Positions 37,627 through 47,886 are shown, counted from the stretch's first letter. The stretch: 64,000 bases of DNA from Macrostomum lignano (GCA_002269645.1 NIVC01000038.1:1054001-1118000), one strand, 5' to 3'. Translations and numbers: made by a program. Notes: a model not told the origin generated them from the sequence alone.

Positions 37627-38299
37627 GAACATAATTATTCTTTTGCCAATTTGCCATACATGCTACCAGGGACATCCAATGTCAGGATAGGTGCTATGGA
37701 TTTCTGTGGGAGTGAGAACATAATGTAAGTGCAAATTTTGCTTGGCGTATTTTTGTGAGCAACATAAATCTGCTGGCAAACATTGGCATATAGGAGCTAA
37801 GGAATCAAATTTCATTCCGGTGTACAACGGTACAAAATCCTGACCCTGGGCGTATAGTTAGGGAAGGGAAGGCAGAAAAAAATTGGCATTCATTGGCATA
37901 CAAACTGTGAATCCATCAAGTTTTAGTTTGGCGTACACCCTGCCATGATCCAGACTATGGCCAGCATACATAGAAAACCTGCAATATGGCAGCCATAGTG
38001 TAGATCATGTAGTGCACGCGAGAATTTTCCCGCGTGCATTTTAAAAAGTGGCATGCACCGGCATGTGATTAGGTAAGTGGCATGCATTTGGCGTGCATAA
38101 TGCACACTACATAAATACACTGGCGTGCCTGGCATGCGCCGTGTGCCGCATGCCTGGCACCTGATGTGGCAACATACATGCGCAACCTCCGAAATTTGGT
38201 CGGCCATGCGACTTAGTTTCAACAAAAATGCGACATAGTTTTTGGCCAAAAATGCGACTTACATGTAAAAAAACCCTAAAGCAAAATTAACGCAACTTT

Positions 38300-38363
38300 G
38301 GGTAAACGGCAGGAGTAACTATGACTGTCTTATTAAGCCAAAATGCCTTGTCAGCTACTTAGT
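38300..38363 (+). rRNA. degenerate 64-bp fragment of 28S rDNA (not a gene)
   Basis: GGGTAAACGGCAGGAGTAACTATGACTGTCTTATTAAGCCAAAATGCCTTGTCAGCTACTTAGT matches conserved LSU GGGTAAACGGCGGGAGTAACTATGACTCTCTTAAGGTAGCCAAATGCCTCGTCATCTAATTAGT. Confidence 0.85.
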
Positions 38364-38754
38364 ATTACTACTTGGTTATTTTTTCGGGTGGGCATTTTTG
38401 CAACTTCCTTGGTTGGCCGCCAGATTGGTCAGCCGGATTGGCCAACTCGGCCAACTGTTGCGCATGTATGTGTGGCAAAGCTGCCAATGCAATGGTAAGC
38501 AGACATAAAATACGTATTATTGTATTTAACTTTTGAAAAAAACTATTGTAAACAAACAGTGTATAAGACTGTTAAATAAATTAATATATGAGAAATACAC
38601 ATTTTTAAAGATATATCATTTCTTTTGTACATCATTTGTTGCTTTGTTTTACACAATGCAATTTAAAATACGTTTTTTGTCTTCAATTTGAATTTCAATT
38701 TATTGTTTCTTGTATTGGATCTATTGTAGTATTGATTATCATCAATCATATTCA

Positions 38755-39630
38755 TGTAGTAGGGGGTTTAGTTCAAGCAGTTTTGCTAAGGGCGTTTGCC
38801 AAGGTTTCCGATTCGTCGAGATAATTATTTTAGTTTTCCGAAATCGAGAATAAGCAGTTTTGCTTTTACGCTACTATTAGTAGTTCACCTTCGGGAAAAT
38901 ATCTGAAGTTATGGGAATTCGAGTATTAGCGGGTTCCTCTATTAGTAAAAGGCTGTTTAGCCTTGGGAAAAGCATCCGTTCGGGACAATCAGTCAAGGAT
39001 CCGTTCAGGACCGTCCATCAGGACAGTGTTTATAGAGACTAAAGATCTCAATTCAAAATAGAAAATAAGGGAGTTTCCTTTCAAGGATTTAATATAGAAA
39101 CTTAAGGAAATTAAGGGTAAGTTAAGGATAAAATTCTAAAAGGGGTAAAATAGGGAGGCTAAGAAGGAGTCTACCACTTAGTCAAAACGGAGTCTACCGA
39201 AGAATAGGAATAAATTAGGTAACATAGGGAAAGACTAAGGGAGTCTACCATTAGTCTAACTAAGAATCGGAGTCTACCGAATTGTTAACATAGGGATTAA
39301 TTGTATACCTTCTTTTGCATATTTGGTTTAATAATATTTCTTTTGTTTGTTTGATCTAAACAATCTTATATGAAATTGACTCTTGTCTCACTTATTTTAA
39401 TTTAACATTAATTATAAGGGGCATTAGTCTGGTGGCAGCGACCTACCAAATAAAAGTACGTAATAGCAGATTAGTAGAGCAAAGTAAACCTAAGATCGTA
39501 ACAACTATTCATCCAATTTAAGGTAGCTAGGAAATCTTCTAGCTTAATCTAAGCCCGGAGTCTCTCGAGCTTAGATTAATCAAATTAAAAATAAACCAGT
39601 AGCCTAAACCGCAGGTACCACGCTTGTCCA
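38755..39630 (+). repeat. 5' LTR
   Basis: About 4 substitutions versus 46873-47748 by eye. Confidence 0.97.
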
Positions 39631-39632
39631 AT

Positions 39633-39642
39633 TGGTGGCAGC
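39633..39642 (+). promoter_or_regulatory. primer binding site, tRNA-Leu type
   Basis: TGGTGGCAGC, 2 nt after the LTR end. Confidence 0.8.
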
Positions 39643-40042
39643 TTAGGGGATTAGTAAACCCGAGAAACGCAAAAAGTTAAGACTGGTGCAAACTAGCAAA
39701 AAATTAGTAAATTAGCTTGCAAATAAAACGTTTCGGAAAGTCAGAATCAGTAGAGAAGGTAATCTAAATACTGAAACTAATGCGATAATCCTAAATCCTA
39801 GGATTAACGAATTAAAGAACGAATTAACGCTTCTATTGAGCTAGCAGTTCAAAAATTGATAGCAAGGTCATAAAATTGACCCAAATAAAGTGAAGAGATC
39901 ACGCAGTCTAGCAGTTCTGTTCACAATTAGAAATAACCAATTAAAAACTAGTTAAATAGATCAGTGACTCAGGAGTCTCCCAGTTTCACTGAATTCAATT
40001 AATAGTAAGTATCAGAAGCGATAATTCGTAATCAGAAATCTA

Positions 40043-41053
40043 ATGGACGCCAACGAAGTAGTAGAAGCTTTGGCTGAAGGCATTAGAGACAGGCTAGACA
40101 TTAGAAAGCACATTAGGATCCAAAAGTACACGCCTAATCAAGATATTGACGTGTGGATTCAGGCTTTTGAGCAAAGGTGTATCGCAGATGAGATACCTGC
40201 AGCCGATTGGAAAAATGAACTACTATCTAATCTAGATGTCCAATCAGCGTTTGCTATTGTGACAAGGCTGAATTTAGACCTTAATCTACCGTATGCTGAA
40301 TTCAAGGATAGGCTCATCGAACGATTCACGCATGCGGGTAGTGCTCAAGAAGCTAGAGAAGAATTCCGTAGCAGATACCAATCTAAGACAGAGAGCTCTG
40401 ACGACTATGCGGAGAAGCTGACAGAGTTAGCCTATAGGGCGTTTCCTCACCTAACTAACGATCAAAGACAGGAAGAAGTGGTGGAACAATTTATTAGAGG
40501 TGTTAGGATAACCCCAGAGGCTAGGGAAAAGCTACTGCTAGCACAGGCGAACACACTCCAAGAGACACGTCGAGTCTTGCGACGTATCGAAATGGCGTAT
40601 ACCATGTCTCGCCGAGGGAGAGATCCAGCTCAGTGCAAGGCAACTGGAGGAGATGAGGCGGAAAGTAGCTTGAGGGAGTTAGTCCGCAAGCAAGGTGAGA
40701 CACTAGAAAGCCAGCAGAGGGTACTCCAGGAGTTGCTTCGACACCAGCAGAGTGCTGAGCAGAAGGCTAGGCAGAAGCCGTACCAAGGCCAGCAACAGGG
40801 CCAAGGTCAGAAGCAGCCAGTAAAGTGCTTCAAGTGTGGGAAAAGCGGTCACATAGCTAAGCATTGCCAGCAGCAGCAGAATCAGCCGCAGTTTCCGCAG
40901 CAGCAGTTTCCACAACCACCACAGTTTATTCCGTACCAGCCGCAGTACCCGCCGCCGCAGTTCCCGCAGCAGCAGTTCCCGCAGCAGTACCAGAATAAGA
41001 ATCAGGGAAACGGAGTAGCCGGAAGCGTAGGAGGCAACGCTTTCCAGAAGTAG
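40043..41053 (+). CDS. gag: Gag, 336 aa
   Basis: Capsid-like region (YQSKTESSDDY...FIRGV) and CCHC knuckle CFKCGKSGHIAKHC. Confidence 0.95.
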   Translation: MDANEVVEALAEGIRDRLDIRKHIRIQKYTPNQDIDVWIQAFEQRCIADEIPAADWKNELLSNLDVQSAFAIVTRLNLDLNLPYAEFKDRLIERFTHAGSAQEAREEFRSRYQSKTESSDDYAEKLTELAYRAFPHLTNDQRQEEVVEQFIRGVRITPEAREKLLLAQANTLQETRRVLRRIEMAYTMSRRGRDPAQCKATGGDEAESSLRELVRKQGETLESQQRVLQELLRHQQSAEQKARQKPYQGQQQGQGQKQPVKCFKCGKSGHIAKHCQQQQNQPQFPQQQFPQPPQFIPYQPQYPPPQFPQQQFPQQYQNKNQGNGVAGSVGGNAFQK

Positions 41054-44000
41054 ACAGCCAGCAGTCTGTAGCCTCGCAACCTGTAAATAGCAGCGATAGT
41101 TTTTCTGTAAATAGTGAATTGAATTCTTTGTATAACAGTAGACATGCGCAACCATTTAATCAATCATTTAATCAACCAAATATTTATTCTCAGCACTTTT
41201 CACACGCACCACAGCAACAACCTTGTTCTAGTAAGCAGCAAATTAAACCACAAAATTTAAGCGAACCAACTAAGAAGCAAAATTACGATCCGTATATTAC
41301 TGGCAGCATTCTAAATAAGGAGGTAGTTTATCTATTAGACACTGGCAGCAATAGGAACATTCTAGGACGTGAAACCTGGAAACACTTGTTCACTGGCAAG
41401 AATAGTCACTTAATTAAACAATGGAACAATAGAATCGTATCGTTCACAGAAGAGCCGATTCCAATTAAAGGTTCCGTAGTTATTAAGGCGACATTCGGTG
41501 ATTTTGAAGAAGAAATAGAGTTTCTCTTATGTGACGCAGAAGTAGACAATGTAATAGGCGTGACGTTTGTCCAACAATATTGTAATGCTATCGACTTTGA
41601 GACAGGAATGCTAACTATGAAGCAGGGAACCAGAATTCCACTTCGTTCTACCAGAGCTAAGCCTCAGGTTAAGAGAATCTATGTTGCAGAAAAGACGACA
41701 GTTCCAGCTAATAGTTCAGGATTAGTCAAGGTTAGATTAGCCACAGGTAGTGAATCCAATTTCGGAGTGCCGTCAGTTGTTGAGCCACTCAGATCAGGAT
41801 TGAAGACTAGAGCAGAGAAGGTAACTGTAGTACCAAGCTTAGTAACTCTAAGGCAAGGAGAAGCGTATCTAGAAGTGATTAACACCAGCTCACAGGAAGC
41901 TAGAGTGCCAGCAGCAGCACTAGTAGGAATGGCTAAGCCACTTTTAGCTAGTGAATTAAACTATCTTAAAGATCAACCAGAGAAAGAGCAGTTATGCCAG
42001 AATAAGAACACGCAGTTTTGCGAAAACATCAGACAGGTTCAAGACAAGTCAGAAGACTGGATTAGTGAGATTAACATAGGAACTGAACTGACTCAGGAGC
42101 AGAGACAGAAAGTGATTGAGGTCGTCAAGGAGCATTCAGCAGCTTTCTCGCAGCACGAGTTAGACTTAGGCAGAACGCATTTAGTCACACATGAGATTAT
42201 CTTGAAGGACAACAACCCAGTTCAGATACCAGCTAGAAAGATTCCACCTCATTGGATCAAGGAGGTAGATGAGCAGTTAGATCTCATGTTGGCTAGAGGC
42301 ATAATTAGGCCTAGTTACTCGCAGTACTCGACTCCATTAGTCATAGTACCTAAGAAAGATGGTTCGCTGAGATTAGTTAACGACTATCGAGCACTAAACA
42401 ACAAATCGGAGTACTTTCCGTATCCAATAACTAATATTAATGAAACATTCTCGTGTCTCCATGGAGCCAGTCAATTTTCTACGTTAGATCTATTCTCAGG
42501 ATATTATCAGATAGCTCTTAGGGAAGAAGATAAATGCAAAACTAGTTTTCCAACTTTACATCGAGGCTCGTTTGAGTACGAAGTTTTGCCAATGGGATTG
42601 CAAGGAGCTCCAGGAACTTTCCAAAGGTGCATGAACTTAGTTCTTAAGGACATTGCACAGAAGTTCGCCATAGCTTACTTAGACGATGTAATAGTTTATA
42701 GTACAGACTTTGAATCTCACTTAGAACACCTGAAAGAAGTGCTCAAAAGACTAATCCAAGCTAATATGAAACTAAAAGCGAAGAAATGTCACCTTTTCAA
42801 ATCAGAACTGCAATATCTAGGACACGTCATAGGCAAATCAGGAATTAAAAGGGATGCGTCAAAGTTAGAAACGATTAGGAACTGGCCAAAACCTAAATCT
42901 GTGACAGAGCTTCGAAGTTTTCTCGGACTCTGTAACTATTATCGAAAGTTTGTTAGAGATTTCGCCGAGGTAGCAGCACCACTCTGTGAGCTAACGAACA
43001 AGAACATCAAGTGTATCCAGGACAATTGGACCAGGATTCATGATGAATGCTTCGAGCTGTTGAAGGAACGGATGTGTTCCGAAGAAGTGCTTGCTTACCC
43101 AGAGTTTAATACGGACCCCCAAGTTTATTTTGTGTTAGACACTGATGCATCAGATGTCAGAATTGGGGCGGTCTTAAATCAAGTACAGAGCGACGGAGTT
43201 GAGAGACCGATCGCGTATTATAGTCGGAAAATGAGGCAGTCAGAAAGTAGATACCCGATTACGAGGAAGGAGCTTCTAGCGATTGTTGACTCGCTGAAGT
43301 ACTTCAGGTTTTACCTCGTAGGGAAACGTTTTAAGGTGCGCACTGATCACAATGCCCTAACCTGGTTGCTTCGCCAGACCGAGCAGACAGGCATTTTAGG
43401 TCGTTGGATCGAGAGACTTAGTGAATTTGATTTTGAGATTGAGCATAGAAGTGGCCCTAAGCATGTGAATGCTGATGCTCTATCCAGGATCCCGGATCCT
43501 CAACAGGATGAGTCATCCCCATTTGCCAGGTCGCTTAGCTGTAGGGCAACTGTGAACACAGACCCAGCATCAGCTGTTACTGTGAGCTCAGGCAATTCCG
43601 CGCAAGCCGAAACCTGTAGTCTGCACAGTGGAGTTACGTCATGCTGTTCGCCGCAGAATATGGCGCCGAACCGACACAATACTCCGAGCTTTAGTAGCAG
43701 GTTGCTAAGCAAAAGGCAAGAACAGGAGCCTAAGGAAAGGCACCCGCTTGTTTGCAATGCACTGCTGAGTGATTACCTTCGTAGCCCTGTGCGTCGCGAA
43801 AATTTGGTCGCAGCTCAGCTAGCCGACCCCGCACTAAGCTATGTCAGGAATCTGATTGAGTCTGACTTGCCGAAACCGAACTTTCAAGAAAGACTAGAAT
43901 TGTCTCACGAGATTAGAAATCTGCTAGGTTATTATGAACTCTTCAGGATAGAAGACGGTGTTCTCCGAATAGACTTAAATTCAGGGCGGACCGAATCTAA

Positions 44001-45450
44001 AGTGGTGTTGCCCAAGTCTTTGGATGGTGAAGTTTTTCACGAATTCCACGATTCACCGTTAGCAGGTCATCTAGGAAGAGATAAAACTTATCAGCGAGTT
44101 AAGGAAAGATTTTGGAGAGTAGGATTAGCTACAGCAGTCGAAAAGTACGTCGCCAAGTGCAAATCTTGTTTAGAAAGTAAATCAAGAAAGCGATGCAAGG
44201 CACCAGTGCAGAATTTTCCTATTGTCGAGCCATTCTCACGCCTTCACATTGATTTGATAGGTCCGATCAGTCAGACTAGCAAATCTGGTAACAAATATGT
44301 CTTGTCAGTTATTGACAGCACTAGCAAATTTCCGTTTGCGTTTGCAATTAAAAATCAGAAGGCTAAGACAGTAATTAAAATTCTGCAGGAGCGAGTTTTC
44401 GCCGACTTTGGAATACCTCAGTGGATTCACACAGATCAGGGAACACAATTTACAGGGAAAGCATTTAGGAAGTTTCTAGACCTCTATGGGATTAGGCACA
44501 CTAGGACAACAAGCTATCATCCACAAAGCAATGGGCTAGTAGAAAATTTAAACAAACAAATTAAGTCAATTATTACCTGTTTGCTCGAGAAAGAACATGC
44601 GAACTGGGATGTTCTTTTGCCCGGTTGTATAACCGCATTGCGCACCAGCACGCATACAGCCACAGGTTTCAGCCCGCATTATCTTGTGTTTGGAAGAGAG
44701 GCCCGGATGCCGAGTGACAATGTGTTCCAGCAGCCAAAGGCGTTCGCCGATCTGCCTGCTTATGTTCAAGAGCACTTGACTCACCTGCAAGAGGGGCAAG
44801 AACTCGCCAAACAGCGGCTCAAATTAATACAACGTAAGCGTGAGCAGCACTATTCTAACAAACCTAAACAACCAGACTTACCTATAGGGAGCTTAGTTTT
44901 CATTAACAACCCAGTCATCACACAGACAGAAGCCAACAAGTTCCACAGGAAGAGAAGAGCAGTCTACGAGGTCATAGAACAGTTATCAGAAGTAGTTTAC
45001 AGGATTAGATTATTAAACAAAAGTACTAAGGCTAGAAAAGAGGAATTAGTCATGCATAGGGATAATTTACTACCCGTACCAACAGCCGATTACGTTAGTG
45101 AGGAAGAAAAGCCAGAAAGCAGTTGTGCCAGGCGACCGAAACTTCGAGAAAATGTACCGCTTAATCCGATGTACGAAGCAGCCGACAGTGAGAGTGAACA
45201 TGAAGATGAAGTGCAGTTTGTGCCAGTGCAAATTCAAAATAATGTTCCAGTGCCAGTGCAGGTTATGCCAGTGCAGGATATACCAGTGCAAGATATGCCA
45301 GTACAAAATAACGAACAGCCAGTAGTCGAAAATAGACCAGTTAGAAATAGACGGGAGCCGAGTAGATTAGCGATAGACCCAGGCCAGAAGAGCTACGTAC
45401 AGAGAGTAAAGGAGTTGTTTAACCCCTATCTACTCTTCCAGCTCGAATAG
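40999..45450 (+). CDS. pol: Pol (PR-RT-RH-IN), intact; frame open from 40999, track start 41119
   Basis: LLDTGS, YLDD, LDTDAS, HDSPLAGH..CKSC, HIDLIGP, HTDQG and NGLVENLN. Confidence 0.97.
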   Translation, partial: ESGKRSSRKRRRQRFPEVDSQQSVASQPVNSSDSFSVNSELNSLYNSRHAQPFNQSFNQPNIYSQHFSHAPQQQPCSSKQQIKPQNLSEPTKKQNYDPYITGSILNKEVVYLLDTGSNRNILGRETWKHLFTGKNSHLIKQWNNRIVSFTEEPIPIKGSVVIKATFGDFEEEIEFLLCDAEVDNVIGVTFVQQYCNAIDFETGMLTMKQGTRIPLRSTRAKPQVKRIYVAEKTTVPANSSGLVKVRLATGSESNFGVPSVVEPLRSGLKTRAEKVTVVPSLVTLRQGEAYLEVINTSSQEARVPAAALVGMAKPLLASELNYLKDQPEKEQLCQNKNTQFCENIRQVQDKSEDWISEINIGTELTQEQRQKVIEVVKEHSAAFSQHELDLGRTHLVTHEIILKDNNPVQIPARKIPPHWIKEVDEQLDLMLARGIIRPSYSQYSTPLVIVPKKDGSLRLVNDYRALNNKSEYFPYPITNINETFSCLHGASQFSTLDLFSGYYQIALREEDKCKTSFPTLHRGSFEYEVLPMGLQGAPGTFQRCMNLVLKDIAQKFAIAYLDDVIVYSTDFESHLEHLKEVLKRLIQANMKLKAKKCHLFKSELQYLGHVIGKSGIKRDASKLETIRNWPKPKSVTELRSFLGLCNYYRKFVRDFAEVAAPLCELTNKNIKCIQDNWTRIHDECFELLKERMCSEEVLAYPEFNTDPQVYFVLDTDASDVRIGAVLNQVQSDGVERPIAYYSRKMRQSESRYPITRKELLAIVDSLKYFRFYLVGKRFKVRTDHNALTWLLRQTEQTGILGRWIERLSEFDFEIEHRSGPKHVNADALSRIPDPQQDESSPFARSLSCRATVNTDPASAVTVSSGNSAQAETCSLHSGVTSCCSPQNMAPNRHNTPSFSSRLLSKRQEQEPKERHPLVCNALLSDYLRSPVRRENLVAAQLADPALSYVRNLIESDLPKPNFQERLELSHEIRNLLGYYELFRIEDGVLRIDLNSGRTESKVVLPKSLDGEVFHEFHDSPLAGHLGRDKTYQRVKERFWRVGLATAVEKYVAKCKSCLESKSRKRCKAPVQNFPIVEPFSRLHIDLIGPISQTSKSGNKYVLSVIDSTSKFPFAFAIKNQKAKTVIKILQERVFADFGIPQWIHTDQGTQFTGKAFRKFLDLYGIRHTRTTSYHPQSNGLVENLNKQIKSIITCLLEKEHANWDVLLPGCITALRTSTHTATGFSPHYLVFGREARMPSDNVFQQPKAFADLPAYVQEHLTHLQEGQELAKQRLKLIQRKREQHYSNKPKQPDLPIGSLVFINNPVITQTEANKFHRKRRAVYEVIEQLSEVVYRIRLLNKSTKARKEELVMHRDNLLPVPTADYVSEEEKPESSCARRPKLRENVPLNPMYEAADSESEHEDEVQFVPVQIQNNVPVPVQVMPVQDIPVQDMPVQNNEQPVVENRPVRNRREPSRLAIDPGQKSYVQRVKELFNPYLLFQLE
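41005..41045 (+). promoter_or_regulatory. -1 ribosomal frameshift signal
   Basis: G GGA AAC heptamer in gag register at 41005-41011, with a downstream GGAAGCGT/ACGCTTTCC stem. Confidence 0.8.
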
Positions 45451-45454
45451 CATT

Positions 45455-46282
45455 ATGGCTGATGCCCCGGAGCGCATTTATCCTATTAAAAAGATTTATT
45501 CCGGAAAAAGGAGACATGATTCAGACGAAAATGAACCCCCGAGAGTGCGCTCAGTAAGGGTGATAGAAACGGCTGACGAGCCCGAGAAACCCCATCCACG
45601 GGAAGAACCGATTACGAAGGAAGAAGAAGGCGAAGGTAGATTAATAATAGATCTGGGAGGCGCAGATCTGGAAGCCAAGACAAGGAAGCAGGAAGAAGAG
45701 AGAAGAGAAGAGCACGATGAGTTTTTACAAATGTTGCTAGACGTTAGTCTGCCCGATATTGAAGAGGCCTTGAGCCCTGCCAATGAGGCACCAGTGGCAG
45801 AGGAACCACCAAGCAATGATGTCCAAGAGCATAAGCCGGCTCCGGTGGCGGATGAGCCTCCCTTGGATGTCGCCGGACTATTTCGAGACGACGTACCACC
45901 GCCGAGCAACCAAGACGCAGCGACCGAACCTTCCGGCGCCAGTCCAAGGAAGTTCCGGAAGTGCACCAAGGCCCTGAAAAGGTGGTTGCTGCAGACCGGC
46001 AACACGGGCCGGTACGATCCGACAGTGCCAGCGGCCTGCACACGATTTCTCGCTAAGGCTACGGCGGCGCAGCGCATCCAGAGCTTAGAGGTGGCCTGCA
46101 CCTATGCGTTGCAGCATGCAGAGGAACGGGTGAAAGGACCAATATCACCGTACCAGGTGAGTGAACATCTACGCGACCTGGCAGAATTATTTGACCCGGA
46201 AGGCAAGAAAACGCCAGCAACCTGCCTGCTTTACCAGTGTGCGCAGAGGGCGCCAACCTGCCGACCCCTAGGGAATCTTTGA
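45455..46282 (+). CDS. ORF3, 275 aa, unknown function, no signal peptide or TM segment
   Basis: Intact ORF starting 4 nt after the pol stop; acceptor TACTCTTCCAG ends at 45441. Confidence 0.8.
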   Translation: MADAPERIYPIKKIYSGKRRHDSDENEPPRVRSVRVIETADEPEKPHPREEPITKEEEGEGRLIIDLGGADLEAKTRKQEEERREEHDEFLQMLLDVSLPDIEEALSPANEAPVAEEPPSNDVQEHKPAPVADEPPLDVAGLFRDDVPPPSNQDAATEPSGASPRKFRKCTKALKRWLLQTGNTGRYDPTVPAACTRFLAKATAAQRIQSLEVACTYALQHAEERVKGPISPYQVSEHLRDLAELFDPEGKKTPATCLLYQCAQRAPTCRPLGNL

Positions 46283-46860
46283 GTTGAAAATTTAATAACC
46301 CAGGGATTAACGCTTCCATTGCTGCTAATTTTTTTTTTTTTTTATTACACAACCACACAGCTTTAACTTTTCTTTTCTATGTTGTCTGCATTTTACACAG
46401 TGCCATAGTGCCATTTTTTTCTTTTCTTTTTCTCAAATTATTGCACCGCTTCTTGGCCTTATATATATCTTTACATATCAATAATATTCAGGAAGGAAAC
46501 CTATATGGTCATTGCCTATTTCATGAATCCCATTATACTCAATGCTCACATAATATTGCTCAACTAATATTGTATGGCTTAATTATTGTTGTTTAATTTT
46601 CCTTAATCATGTACTCGTACTGTTTATTACCTTTGCTGATAGTATGCTATTATTACTACCTATACCATATATTACTAATTAATCATACTATGTTCCATAC
46701 TATGCTATGCTACCATTACTCAGTTATTATTATTGCTTAATCATGCTCATTATATTGCTTATATTTAGTCCATGCATGCCACTACTAATACTGTCTGAAT
46801 TACTTGAAATAAACCCGATATTAACTAAATATGCAAAGGGGTTTGCACATTTTTTTTTTA

Positions 46861-46872
46861 GTGGGGGGTAAG
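46861..46872 (+). promoter_or_regulatory. polypurine tract
   Basis: GTGGGGGGTAAG abutting the 3' LTR, after a T run. Confidence 0.8.
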
Positions 46873-47748
46873 TGTAGTAGGGGGTTTAGTTCAAGCAGTT
46901 TTGCTAAGGGCGTTTGCCAAGGTTTCCGATTCGTCGAGATAATTATTTTAGTTTTCCGAAATCGAGAATAAGCAGTTTTGCTTTTATGCTACTATTAGTA
47001 GTTCACCTTCGGGAAAATATCTGAAGTTATGGGAATTCGAGTATTAGCGGGTTCCTCTATTAGTAAAAGGCTGTTTAGCCTTGGGAAAAGCATCCGTTCG
47101 GGACAATCAGTCAAGGATCCGTTCAGGACCGTCCATCAGGACAGTGTTTATAGAGACTAAAGATCTCAATTCAAAATAGAAAATAAGGGAGTTTCCTTTC
47201 AAGGATTTAATATAGAAACTTAAGGAAATTAAGGGTAAGTTAAGGATAAAATTCTAAAAGGGGTAAAATAGGGAGGCTAAGAAGGAGTCTACCACTTAGT
47301 CAAAACGGAGTCTACCGAAGAATAGGAATAAATTAGGTAACATAGGGAAAGACTAAGGGAGTCTACCATTAGTCTAACTAAGAATCGGAGTCTACCGAAT
47401 TGTTAACATAGGGATTAATTGTATACCTTCTTTTGCATATTTGGTTTAATAATATTTCTTTTGTTTGTTTGATCTAAATAATCTTATATGAAATTGACTC
47501 TTGTCTCACTTATTTTAATTTAACATTAATTATAAGGGGCATTAGTCTGGTGGCAGCGACCTACCAAATAAAAGTACGTAATAGCAGATTAGTAGAGCAA
47601 AGTAAACCTAAGATCGTAACAACTATTCATCCAATTTAAGGTAGCTAGGAAATCTTCTAGCTTAATCTAAGCCCGGAGTCTCTCGAGCTTAGATTAATCA
47701 AATTAAAAATAAACCAGAAGCCTAAACCGCAGGTACCATGCTTGTCCA
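46873..47748 (+). repeat. 3' LTR
   Basis: Near-identical to the 5' LTR. Confidence 0.97.
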
Positions 47749-47886
47749 TTCATAAGTCATGACATCAAGTATTTGTTTAGACAAATACAATTATACAATT
47801 CTATTTCTAGTTTTGTTATTTGTTGTTACCTGTGGTTAGTAGTCCTTGTCCTAGTAGGCGTGCATCGGCGTGTATTCGCTTGTCAT

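Larger units (their letters stand above)
38755..47748 (+). mobile_element. full-length Ty3/Gypsy LTR retrotransposon (G3), 8994 bp
   Basis: TG...CA LTRs of 876 bp each, 4-bp TSD TTCA (38751-54, 47749-52), PBS, PPT, gag, pol and ORF3. Confidence 0.97.

Noticed and set aside
31571-37636. Target-site duplication for element B
   Set aside because: Flanks GAAGAC and GAACAT match too poorly to call.
45455-46282. env gene
   Set aside because: No signal peptide, transmembrane helix or furin/fusion-peptide pattern.
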